Assembly (NCBI GenBank): GCA_951406725.2 | Contig: OX597817.1 | Coordinates: forward strand, 154,132,001 to 154,196,000 | Length of the DNA stretch: 64,000 nt | Direction of reading: 5' to 3' | DNA from: Octopus vulgaris | Taxonomy: Eukaryota | Part shown: positions 41,305 to 53,444 of the stretch, one piece after another | How the letters are laid out: each line of letters starts with the position of its first letter | How positions within the stretch are numbered: the stretch's first letter is position 1 | Translations under genes and position numbers: made by a program | The notes under the pieces: model-generated | The model's input: the letters and a program-made list of their open reading frames with translations, nothing else | Database searches by the model: none | What the model was told of the DNA's origin: nothing

Positions 41305-41703
41305 TCTTTATATATAAAAGTCAAGTTGTGTGTCTGTCTCCTACGATTTAGATTCCTAACTACTCCCACATTTTGCGGTGCAGTTTAACCAAAACCGGGT
41401 ATCTTATAGTCGTGATTCATATCGAGCCCTTCTGGGTATTAGCGCGCGTCTACGATGAGTCTACGATTAAAAAAAAAAATTACTATCATTTTTTTCCATT
41501 TTAATGCATTTTTTTCGATATTATATAAGGGAAGTAACTCTCTAAAAATGTCTACAATGAGACAACGATTTTTTAAAAAAATTACCATCATTTTTTTTCC
41601 ATTTTTAATGCATTTTTTTGCTATGTTTTGGCTATAACTCTCTAAAAATGCTTATATAGTTATTTCCCTTACAAACCCGAGCAACGCCGGGCAATACTGC
41701 TAG
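41305..41703 (+). mobile_element. Non-autonomous Helitron, same family as 3602-4000
   Basis: A|TC...cccgagcaacgccggg...CTAG|T. Confidence 0.88.
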
Positions 41704-41905
41704 TATTATATAATTTCGCTCAGGCATAGCGATGCTTATAACCTGCGTTAGAACTCATTATACATATACTTTAGAACAAATCTTCACTTAAAGACAAAGC
41801 AGTTACAGGAAATTTTAATAAGGGAAAGAAATGACGTCATGGCCTTCATTATCATACATCTTTTTCTACTATGCGATGCAATACACTCATAGTTGGATGC
41901 TTGTG

Positions 41906-41988
41906 TAGCTCTGATGAAGCTATAGAGTCACACACAAAATTTCAGATATGAGTGCATTGCATCTTATAGCAGAAACAACTGTAACCTA
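41906..41988 (+). ncRNA. Type I hammerhead ribozyme motif with a large helix-II insert
   Basis: TAGCT-CTGATGA-A-GCTATAG...TTATAGC-A-GAAAC-AACT-GTA-ACCTA. Confidence 0.6.
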
Positions 41989-42867
41989 ATGAATTTCATG
42001 ACATAACTTTTTTTCGTTTGTCATATTAATTTCTGGTATGTATATATGTATGTATGTATACGTGTATGTATATGAGTGTGTATTCACATGATCACATGAT
42101 TTGATGCACTTTGAAGCTTTGTTAAACAGGAAGCTATATCTTTCCATCTAGCAAAGCAAACACAATTTCAGTTGGAGTTCAGTGAACCCATTTACGTAGA
42201 GCTTAATGTTTCAATATACGATATCATGTATCAAACCTCAAATAAAATATCCTGTCAAACATATCAAATCCTACTATATTTGATGATTAAAATATTTGTA
42301 AAGCCTGTATTGAAATGATCAAATTAAAGCTATTTGTATTTAAATATAAAGCTGTGATGTTTAATCAAGTCTTCTAGAGCATGGCATGTTTAGCTGTAAC
42401 GGATAAAAGCTAAAATCAGTACGTGATCATGGAATTAGTTTCACGAGGGCTTATCTCTAAGCACTTAATGGCTCCCGAACAGTGAAAGAACGAATGACCA
42501 CATACTGCAAATGAGAAGTATATTAAAGAGAATTTACTTGAGTATAGAATTGGTACTTATTTTACCAAAATAAGAATAGAGATCTATGAATAGGGATACA
42601 TGAAATTAGATATTTTATGATTGTAATCTTCGACTTCACTAAATACCCCGCCCCATGTAATAGATTTTCTCATTTCTTTTCTTGTGACATTTCATATATT
42701 TTTAGGAAATTTTAATAAAACATTGTGATACTCACTATCTTTTCTCAAAAATGTTTGTCGTATGAAGAGATGTAATTTCAACTGAGATTTTAATGCGGGT
42801 TACAATCTTGTCTCACAAAGAGTGTATCCCTTAATTTAGCTCGTTCGATCTATATCTGTTTAATTCT

Positions 42868-43299
42868 CTTTTACTCTTTTGCTCTTTTACTTGTTTCAGT
42901 CATGTGACTGTGGCCATGCTGGAGCAGCGCCTTTAGTCGAGCAAATCGACGCCAGGACTTATTCTTTGTAAGCCTAGTACTTATTCTATCGGTGTCTTTC
43001 GCCGAACCGCTATGTTACGGCGACGTAAACACACCAGCATCGGTTGTCAAGCGATGTTGAGGGGACAAACACAGACACACAAACATATACACACACATTC
43101 ACATATATATATATATATATATATACATATATACGACAGGCTTCTTTCAGTTTCCGTCTACCAATTCGACTCATAAGGCTTTGGTCTGCTCAAGGCTATA
43201 GTAGAAGACACTTGCCCAAGGTGCCAAGCAGTGGGACTGAACCCGGAACCATGTGGTTCGTAAGCAAGCTACTTACCACACAGCCACTCCTACGCCTAT
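42868..43299 (-). mobile_element. SINE family A
   Basis: Reverse complement of family A. Confidence 0.9.
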
Positions 43300-43625
43300 A
43301 TTCATTTATTTTGATTAATCATTATGAAATGGGTAAGGTGAGACGAACTGGGAGAACCATTAAAGCATCGGAAAATATGCCTCACAACATAGCTTCCGGC
43401 TCTTTACAATCTGAGTTGAAATTTCATCGAGGTCAACTTTACTTTTCATACTTCTGGAATCGATTAAATAAAGTAACAATGAAATACTAAAGTCGATGGT
43501 TTCGACAAATCCTCTCCTTTCACAATTACCGACATGTGCCTAAATAAGTAGTCATTAGGAAGTGAGTGCATCGTAGTGATTAATTGATGAGATAACTTAT
43601 ATTCATAAACAAATTTTATTTTCAG

Positions 43626-43800
43626 CTGTGCTGTTGGAAGGTTCAGGAGAAATATGATCTAGAAAAATGTATAGAAGTCGGTTTAGTAAGTCAGTATGTT
43701 GTTACTGGTTTGGAAAAACATTTCTTATACAATGTACGAGTGATGGCGAGCAGTGCAGGCGGTGATGGCAAACGAAGTGAGGCGACATATTTCACATTAG
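43626..43800 (+). CDS. CNTN: Contactin-like exon, C-terminal part of the last FN3
   Basis: tttcag|...|gtaggt; phase 0-1; YVVTGLEKHFLYNVRVMASSAGGDGKRSEATYFTL. Confidence 0.88.
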
Positions 43801-44032
43801 GTAGGTAGCATTGCCATTCAGAATTTCTTGTCATTATACTCAGGTATTTAGAAAGTAAAGAGTGATTCAACAATATCCGTGTATTGTACTATTGGCTTTC
43901 GGAGGTATTTTTGGCTTTTTTGGCTTTTTTTTTTTTTTTTGGTAAGAAGGAATTTTGTATCATCATGACACATCAAATGTCATATAACTATTGCAAACAT
44001 AACTCCTTTGAGAGGATTTCTTATGCCTATAC

Positions 44033-44424
44033 GTGGAGGCGCAATGGCCCAGTGGTTAGGGCAGCGGACTCGCGGTCGTAGGATCGCGGTTTCGATTCCC
44101 AGACCGGGCGTTGTGAGTGTTTATTGAGCGAAAACACCTAAAAGCTCCACGAGGCTCCGGCAGGGGGTGGTGGTGATCCCTGCTGTACTCTTTCACCACA
44201 ACTTTCTCTCACTCTTACTTCCTGTTTCTGTTGTACCTGTATTTCAAAGGGCCGGCCTTGTCACTCTCTGTGTCACGCTGAATATCCCTGAGAACTACGT
44301 TAAGGGTACACGTGTCTGTGAAGTGCTCAGCCACTTACACGTTAATTTCACGAGCAGGCTGTTCCGTTGATCGGATCAACCGGAACCCTCGTCGTCGTCG
44401 TAACCGACGGAGTGCTTCCTTCCC
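44033..44424 (+). mobile_element. SINE family B flanked by a ~185-bp direct repeat
   Basis: 43848-44032 is repeated at 44425-44614. Confidence 0.92.
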
Positions 44425-46024
44425 TTAGAAAGTAAAGAGTAATTCAACAATATCCGTGTATTGTATTATTGGCTTTCGGAGGTATTTTTGGCTTTATGGG
44501 CTTTTTTTTTTTTTTTTTTTTTGGTAAGAAGGAATTTTGTATCATCATGACACATCAAATGTCATATAACTATTGCAAGCATAACTCCTTTGGGAGGATT
44601 TCTTATGCCTATACATTATCTGAGAAAATGCCTTGTAGAAAACTACCGTTGCAATAAAAACATCATGAGTTCAGCAAGCGAAATGTCATGGCATATCACT
44701 GCTATGCATAGGAAGAATACGAAAGCGATCGAATAGGACATCACTCCCATCCCTTTTCTTTCTTTATTTTTTATTTATTTATTTATTTATTTTTTGAATG
44801 CCTTATATTATAGGGTTGCAAAAGGCGGTGAGCTGGCAGAAACGTTAGCGCACCGGGCAGAATGCTTTACATTATTTCGTCCGTCTTTACGTTTTGAGTT
44901 CAAATTCTGCCGATGTTGATTTTGCCTCTCATCCTTTCGGAGTCGATGACATAAGTACCAGTTGGTCGCTGGGGCCGATTTAATCGACTTACCACCTCTC
45001 CCGGAAATGCTGGTCTTGTACTAAAATTTAAGACCAATATTATATGATTGCTAATATTATACAGTTGCTAGTATGTTATAGTTGATAATATTAAGTGGTT
45101 GCTAAAGTCTCAGAAATTACACTATTTGACTGTCTATGATTAAAGTGATTGACCAACCTTAATAAAATGTTCTGATCGGAAAATGCATGACAGTTTTTGA
45201 GATTAAGTTATTCTTTATGGTCTTCACCATGCTTAATAGCCTTAACTTTATGTAATATTTTCTACTTAGACTACTGAAAGATCTACCATACCTAAATAAT
45301 GTTTAAAAAAGTTCTACAAAGTGTTATAGCCGGAATGTAGAGCAGACGAATGCTAAACATATTCTTTAGAAATATAACATATCAATACTCATCGCTTATG
45401 TAGGTTATATGACCAGAAATACACAGAAGTTACGTGTAACGTCTTAATGATATGTTACAAATATCACTGACCCTAGGATAAGTTGAAAACAGAATCGAAT
45501 GATTAAATTATATACTGTAAGATGGTTTTGCCTAGTTCTCTATGGTTTTCATCTTTCCATTTCCCTTTACAGAGCTGATAGCATTCCTTTTCTCATTGGC
45601 GCAAGGCCATAAAGTTTTAGAGAAGTAAACTTATTACTCCAATATATCATTGATGTTGACTTTACTGCTCTGAAAGAATATATAATCACTGTGTAAAGGC
45701 ACCGTGAATGTCTACTATATCTGACATGATCCAATGTGGGGGTCTTTATATGGCCACTCAAATTGCTAGAAGTACCAACCGAGACTCTTTCAAAAATTAC
45801 ACCCTATCATTTTGAACAGGTGCACAATAGATAAGATAATGCAGTCTAAGCTATAAGTAGGTTGACTAAGTTAAAGACAATTTGTTCATGGCTTGAATAC
45901 GTTTGAACACAGGTCTTCTGGGCGTTGCTGTACAGCGGTACACAGATACATCCATCACTTCCACTCAATAGTGCTAGTAAAGAAAAGAGTAATTCAATGT
46001 AAGGGTTTGTTTAAAACTAATAAT

Positions 46025-46422
46025 CCATTCTACTATGAGCACAAGGCCTGAAATTTAGGGGAGCTGGATAGTCGATTTCATCAACCCCAGTGCGTAACTG
46101 GTACTTATTTTATCGACCCCAGATTGATGAAATAAACGTCGACCTCGGCGGAATTTGAACTCAGAACGTAGCGGCAGACGAAATACCTATTTCTTTACTA
46201 CCCACAAGGGGCTAAACACAGAGAGGACAAACAAGGACAGACAAACGGATTAAGTCGATTACATCGACCCCAGTGCGTAACTGGTACTTAATTTATCGAC
46301 TCCGAAAGGATGAAAGGCTAAGTCGACCTCGGCGGAATTTGAACTCGGAACGTAACGGCAGACGAAATACGGCTACGCATTTCGCCCGGCGTGCTAACGT
46401 TTCTGCCAGCTCACTGCCTTTG
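46025..46422 (-). mobile_element. SINE family G dimer
   Basis: 18-bp TSD TTGTTTAAAACTAATAAT at 46007-46024 and 46423-46440. Confidence 0.88.
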
Positions 46423-46486
46423 TTGTTTAAAACTAATAATAGTTCATAAGCTGTACTATATGTTTGTTTCTTCCTTTTATTTTCAG

Positions 46487-46605
46487 GTGGACAGATACCC
46501 TTTGATAAATCGCAATTTGATGTTCTCGCAACAGGGTCAAACTTATCAGCAATTAAAATACTCATTGTAGCATCAATAATTATCAATTTTATTTTACAGT
46601 TATGA
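46487..46605 (+). CDS. CNTN: Contactin-like terminal exon with GPI-anchor-type signal and stop codon
   Basis: tttcag|GT GGA...TTA TGA; GGQIPFDKSQFDVLATGSNLSAIKILIVASIIINFILQL*; small residues followed by a hydrophobic tail. Confidence 0.85.
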
Positions 46606-47094
46606 TCTCAAACTTGGTGGATTTCAATTTAATTTGAAGATGAAGCTTAGAAATATATAAACTCTTTGCGGCTTGCGTAACTTGTTAAGCTAAAGTCGAC
46701 GTTTAAAGTACTAAATACTGTGAATATATTAAGCTATAGACTTGATCATCTTTATATTAGATGCATATTGGTACTAACTCTTGTACTGCAAACTGATTCA
46801 AATTTTCTGTCTGAATAACCATAATTCACTTACATGAATCTAAAATCATAAATATCACATTTTCTTATTTTCGAACCACTGAAATTCTCATATGAAGCAA
46901 CTATTTTATATATCATAAAGTGCTGTATTAAATGGAAGACTAAACTGAAATATTCCCTTTCCAATTATTTCGACTGTTATCACTCATGGTCAAATTTTAG
47001 GATAGCAACTCTCAAGATGCGTAATTAACTGGTCAGCATAACCCGTATAAACCTTGGTCAACATCTACATTCTAATAATTGCAAATGTTATTAC

Positions 47095-47160
47095 AATAAA
47101 CGCAGAATCAATTCCTATTCAATAGTCAGATTACATCAAGCTATGCCCCCCCTCTCTCTC

Positions 47161-47209
<49 letters not shown>

Positions 47210-47325
47210 CTATCTCTATCTCTCTAGAAAGTCTGCCGAAATATGAGACTAGTTATATGCCTGTTATTCTGTAATAAAATACAGTTGACAATACTTTCTA
47301 TGTAAACATGTTTATTTCCAATAAA
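47095..47325 (+). promoter_or_regulatory. Candidate polyadenylation signals
   Basis: AATAAA at 47095, 47273 and 47320, 0.5-0.7 kb after the stop; AT-rich background makes this weak evidence. Confidence 0.35.
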
Positions 47326-47893
47326 GTTACTCTTAAACCGCGAACTGAACTATTTCAAAGATATTCGAACATTCGTGGGGACGAACTTTTCAGTTAATCT
47401 GGTGTAGTTATAAAATACACCACAGCAATTCTATACCACAGGATATAAAACTGTCCGTGTATATCATAAAAATGCAATATCAAGACATAAAGGCTATGAC
47501 AGATTTCGAAAACATAATTTGTGTTGGTCTTTGAAGATATTTATGATCTTCCAGTCAATAAGCAAAAATAATTCTACAAAACGTACCTGAAAAATATATT
47601 TCAAAATATAAGAATATGCTTGTCAAAAGTATATCTAATACCTATTCCTTCGTTTCACGTCATTCTTATAATTCAATGATCAAATAAGTGTTATAAGTGT
47701 TGGATAGTGAGAGCACTGTGGAAACCTAAAGTATTGGGAAAGCTATAAACTTAACGTGAGCTGAATCCGTTCGTCGAGAATTACTGAGTCCGCAGCCTGC
47801 TTTTGACAAAAGTTGGGGCTACCAGATGAAGTATGCTTGAGTTTATCTCAAGTTTCAGGAGTGTCGGATACAAAGTATTACGGTATCCATTCC

Positions 47894-48123
47894 GGCGGTG
47901 AGCTGGCAGAAACGTTAGCACGCCGGGCGAAATGCTTAGCGGTATTTTGTCTGCGTTACGTTGTGAGTTCAAATTCCGCCGAGGTCGACTTTGCCTTTCA
48001 TCCTTTCGGGGTCGATAAATTAAGTACTAGTTACGCACTGGGGTCGATGTAATCGACTTGATACCTATGTCTGTCCTTGTTTGTCCCCTCTGTGTTTAGC
48101 CCCTCGTGGTTAATAAAGAAATA
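47894..48123 (+). mobile_element. SINE family G
   Basis: TSD GGTATCCATTCC. Confidence 0.9.
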
Positions 48124-48217
48124 GGTATCCATTCCGGCCCTCTACACTCGAATTTAAATCCCGCCGAGTTCAACTGTCCTTTTCATCCATTTGGATCCAG
48201 TGCAAGAGATTATTCTG

Positions 48218-48266
<49 letters not shown>

Positions 48267-48519
48267 ATTGTACTTGCAATTCAAAGCTCTAACCTGGTCA
48301 CGTGGTCACATTATGTCATATTAATTGGTCAGAGAATTGTGTTAAGCGTACACAAGTTTGTGGAATTGTCAACCATTTACACATTAATTTCACGTGAAAG
48401 CAGTTGGCCATTCGAACCAGTGAATCCTCATGAAACACTCGACTATAATTGAATTGAGAATAAACAACAAAAAGGGCAGTTTACTTATGTGAAGCTAGAG
48501 AATATATCTAGAATTGTAG

Positions 48520-48960
48520 ATAGGCGCAGGAGTGGCTGTGTGGTAAGTAGCCTGCCAACCAACCACAAGGTTCTGGGTTCAGTCCCACTGCGTGGCATCT
48601 TGGGCAAGTGTCTTCTGCTATAGCCCCGGGCCGACCAATGCCTTGTGAGTGGATTTGGTAGACGAAAACTGAAAGAAGCCTGTCGTATATATGTATATAT
48701 ATATATATATGTGTGTGTATGTGTTTGTGTGTCTGTGTTTGTCCCCCTAGCATTGCTTGACAACCGATGCTGGTGTGTTTACGTCCCCGTCACTTAGCGG
48801 TTCGGCAAAAAGAAACCGATAGAATAAGTACTGGGCTTACAAAAAGAATAAGTCCCAGGGTCGAGTTGCTCGACTAAAGGCGGTGCTCCAGCATGGCCGC
48901 AGTCAAATGACTGAAACAAGTAAAAGAGTAAAAGAGTAAAAGAGTAAAGAGTAAAGAGTA
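48520..48960 (+). mobile_element. SINE family A
   Basis: Full length with (GTAAAAGA)n tail. Confidence 0.9.
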
Positions 48961-49029
48961 CTATTTAAATTGAGCTAAGTAAGCTTTTCATCAAGCAGGA
49001 TAGTGTAGACCCACAATCAAGTGTTTATC

Positions 49030-49190
49030 TATCATCATCATTGTTCGACCGTGGTCGTGACAATGGAATTTACCATGCTACGCCAGACTCCACGGTCCAT
49101 CATGGCATTACGGCGGTCCTGTTGCTGGATGCCTGTATCCCTGGAGATTACATCAGAGTAGGAGAGTGTGCGCCCTCTGGTATCGCGAGC
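49030..49190 (-). mobile_element. RTE-clade LINE 3' end
   Basis: RGRTLSYSDVISRDTGI...AMMDRGVWRSMV with (TGA)n tail. Confidence 0.75.
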
Positions 49191-49581
49191 AGATGGCTTC
49201 CAGAGGAGAAGAGTAGATATTACCTCGTTTATCTAAGAAAGACCTTAGTTGCACGAGGTCCTATTCATCTGAATACTCAGCCCTATATTGAACTGATGTT
49301 AAATAACTTTACGATACTATCTTCCTAGACACAACATAGAGCTAAACAAAGAGTTTAATGAAAACATAGTCCCTACAAACAGCCGACCAACATTTCCACT
49401 ATTTGGGAATGTTGCAGCCGTTAGAAGGCGGAAATCTGTGACTTCTCGACTTTTCGAACAGGAGTATATTTAACAGAGCTATTTCTTACTATAAAAACGA
49501 GGTAGTTACACATGGCTTCAGTGAGAACCCAAAATACATCTAGAGAGCTCGGGATCAAAACTAAATTAATATTATTCACCA

Positions 49582-49756
49582 TATAGGCGCAGGAGTGGCT
49601 GTGTGGTAAGTAGCTTGCTAACCAACCACATGGTTCCGGGTTCAGTCCCACTGCATGGCATCTTGGGCAAGTGTCTTCTGCTATAGCCCCGGGCCGACCA
49701 ATGCCTTGTGAGTGGATTTGGTAGACGGAAACTGAAAGAAGCCTATCGTATATATG

Positions 49757-49793
<37 letters not shown>

Positions 49794-50017
49794 TCGTGTG
49801 TCTGTATTTGTCCCCCTAGCATTGCTTGACAACCGATGCTGGTGTGTTTACGTCCCCGTTACCTAGCGGTTCGGCAAAAAAGAGACCGATAGAATAAGTA
49901 CTGGGCTTACAAAGAATAAGTCCCGGGGTCGATTTGCTCGACTAAAGGCGGTGCTCCAGCATGGCCGCAGTCAAATGACTGAAACAAGTAAAGGAGTAAA
50001 AGAGAGTAAAAGAGTAA
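49582..50017 (+). mobile_element. SINE family A
   Basis: Full length; interrupts a Penelope-like remnant region. Confidence 0.9.
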
Positions 50018-50600
50018 AATATATTTTGGATGTTACTACAAACATAGCCAACCACTTTCTGGTTTTACTAAAACAACACTCCCCACCACCATGCAGTCAC
50101 AATAAACATTTCAAAACCTTCAACAATCATAACATTACGTTTGGTTATTTCTGTCTTGAAAGACTCGATTACTGGATTACACACTACAATGAAAATACAC
50201 GTTCGTGCATCTCCCACCGCAATTAAATTTATGGTCTCCGAAATCTAACTACCCAAAGAGGTTATTCTTTGCCAAACAAGTATTATAATTAAAATCTATA
50301 TCCTTGTTCGATATCGAAAGCAATTACACGGGATTCATTGTGAACACTTTTAAAATCCGCTTTTTTAAAAAAATCAATACTCATGTAGGTCAAGGAACAT
50401 GGATAACTTCGTCGCCTTCCGATATTTTATCCGGAAAATCAGTAGCAAAATAACTGATCTCCTTCTAGTAACATACTGTTGATAAAGTCACCACAAATTT
50501 CAGTGGATTATAAACTGCGAGTTTTATCTAACTGATAAGTAGCATATCTATCACTTAGTAACATCATTCAATCAGATGAGAAATAATAATTATCGTCATC
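50018..50600 (+). mobile_element. Penelope-like (Naiad-type) remnant
   Basis: DVTTNIANHFLVLLKQH.P...KTFNNHNITFGYFCL resembles TNIGKxFLxLxxKHFP...KIFNRNxxKxSYSC; YTG-like GIY-YIG piece near 50325. Confidence 0.65.
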
Positions 50601-52415
50601 TTTCACTCATTCTCTCTCCCTCTCACTTTCTCTTTCTAAATACATAAACACAAACTCACAAATATATATATGTATATACATATGTGCATACATACAAGCA
50701 TAATTCATATCTATATATACGTGTGTGGGGAGGGTTGTCTTGTAAATATGTGTTCGTGCGTGTACGCATGCATGTTTATGTATGAATATATTATATCTAC
50801 ATCTATCTTGGAAGCTATTCCAGATGATTAAAAATTCAAGGCTTTCTCACACAAATCCATAGCCATTAGATTTAAGTGACGAAATGAACGTGTCTTGATC
50901 AGCAATGGTGTGGATTAGATCGTTTCAAACCATACCGGTCTTGCTAGTTATACTTTCAAAATATCACATTTTTTTTTATCAAATGAGATATATTGCCTAA
51001 TGTGAAATCGATTCAACTAGAACGTTTAGGAATTAGCTTCATTCAACGTATATTGCTTGGGTGATAACCGAAATAGCTTACGTGCATGAAACACTGAGTA
51101 ACAACAGTATGAATCAACACCGATTCCTCAATAAACATAATCCTTAATCATAAATCTTAATCAATGTAGTGACTGCACTTTTCTCTCTTCGCGAAAAACA
51201 ACGTGTGTGTATGTGTATGTGTTTGCGTATCTTCTTCTCTCTCCCCCTCTCAATACACATATATACATAAACGCATATAGGTAAGTAGAGTTAGCGGTTG
51301 GAATAACCGTCTAAGGGATAAGAATATCCGTTATTACTACTGATATAAATTATCTATGTTAACCCTGGACTTGGATATGCAAGCATACTATCCTCATAGG
51401 ATACAGGTAATACCAGAATAAAGAAAAGTTTATCAGGAATCAAATTTAAAATAAGCAGAAAATGGAGAAAACTTTTGATCAACAAACAAATTGACTATCA
51501 CCATCGGTTAATCATTTTTTAATACAAAACTTTAACATTGCTTACAGCCGTTTCTGCTACCAATGCCAGTCGGTGCCTCCAAAGAAAATTATGAGAATTA
51601 TATTCGTCATCTTTATAGAACATCCAATCTAGTACATGGAGCTTAATCAGAGTGAATAGAAATGGATAATTTAAAATAAAAGAAGAGGGAAGAGTAATGA
51701 ACAGGACCTCGAGATGAGGAAAGAAGGCTTAATAAATTAGAATCATATCATTTTGCAGTGGAAAGCTTGAAGTCGATGAGGAAACGGATAAACTAGCAAA
51801 TAAACTAGAAAAATAATTGGTGGGTTATCTTTCTTTAGGAATACCAGGGTGTATAAATAATAAAATAAAATTAGTACTTAAGTATATGATTCACCAATGA
51901 GTCTAGAAAAAGAATAGTACTTATGATTTCGTAAATAGAGCTAATTAATATTTATCCAAAAACATACCCCTAAATTTGTTACATTAGTGTACTTACTGAT
52001 ATATTCTAAAGATCAACCACCTGTTCTCCGTAATGGAATTGACCAAAGTCCAGCCATCTCTATAAATGGTCAGTTAAATTTAAAACCAAGGGCAAGCTAA
52101 TACCGTTACAGGGGTAGATGTATATAAAGAAGTAAATAAAACAGTAAATAAAAATAAAAAGTGTGGGTGAGTATTCTATGTCATAAGTGGTCTCTTATGT
52201 CATTATACACCATCTCAACATATATACGAGCAAACATACGACAGTAAATAACTAACAGATAAGGGGAGACTACCGTTAGGTGAGGTGGTTGCTAGTGCAT
52301 TTAGCTTCAAATTATAATGCTAAATCTAACATCTTAAATAGCCAGCATAGTTCCAATTGCAAGCCGAACAAGAAAATGTCTAAACGTTCCTGAGTATATT
52401 CTGCATATAAGACAT

Positions 52416-52799
52416 TAGAAGCACTCCGTCGGTTACGACGACGAGGGTTCCGGTTGATCCGAATCAACGGAACAGCCTGCTCGTGAAATTAACGTGTAAG
52501 TGGCTGAGCACTCCACAGACACGTGCACCCTTAACGTAGTTCTCGGGAATATTCAGCGTGACACAGAGAGTGACAAGGCCGGCCCCTTGAAATACAGGTA
52601 CAACAGAAACAGGAAGTAAGAGTGAGAGAAAGTTGTGGTGAAAGAGTACAGCAGGGATCACCACCATCCCCTGCCGGAGCCTCGTGGAGCTTTAGGTGTT
52701 TTCGCTCAATAAACACTCACAACGTCCGGTCTGGGAATCGAAACCGCGATCCTATGAGCGCGAGTCCGCTGCCCTAACCACTGGGCCATTGCGCCTCCA
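52416..52799 (-). mobile_element. SINE family B
   Basis: TSD CATATAAGACAT. Confidence 0.92.
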
Positions 52800-53034
52800 C
52801 ATATAAGACATAGGAGAAGGCAAAAGCACAAAACCCTAAAATAGTTAAACGATTACATCACTTGCTAACGTGGTTACAAATTCAGGGTCCTACTACAGTT
52901 TATTAAATCCTACTTGATGTATATTATTGTTAATATCATATTGTTCATATTATTAAACTTGTAGTTATAATAACCCTTGCTTCGGTGCAACCATATGGGA
53001 TCTATCACAAAATTTCACTTCCCAGGAGTGGCTT

Positions 53035-53443
53035 ATAGGCGCAGGAGTGGCTGTGTGGTAAGTAGCTTGCTAACCAACCACATGGTTCCGGGTTCAGTCC
53101 CACTGCGTGGCACCTTGGGCAAGTGTCTTCTGCTATAGCCCCGGGCCGACCAATGCCTTGTGAGTGGATTTGGTAGACGGAAACTGAAAGAAGCCTGTCG
53201 TATATATCTATATATATATATGTATGTGTGTGTATGTGTTTGTGTGTCTGTGTTTGTCCCCCTAGCATTGCTTGACAACCGATGCTGGTGTGTTTACGTC
53301 CCCGTTACTTAGCGGTTCGGCAAAAGAGACCGATAGAATAAGTACTGGGCTTATAAAGAATAAGTCTCGGGGTCGATTTGCTCGACTAAAGGCGGTGCTC
53401 CAGCATGGCCGCAGTCAAATGACTGAAACAAGTAAAAGAGTAA
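53035..53443 (+). mobile_element. SINE family A
   Basis: Full length; abuts a CR1-like LINE fragment. Confidence 0.9.
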
Positions 53444-53444
53444 G

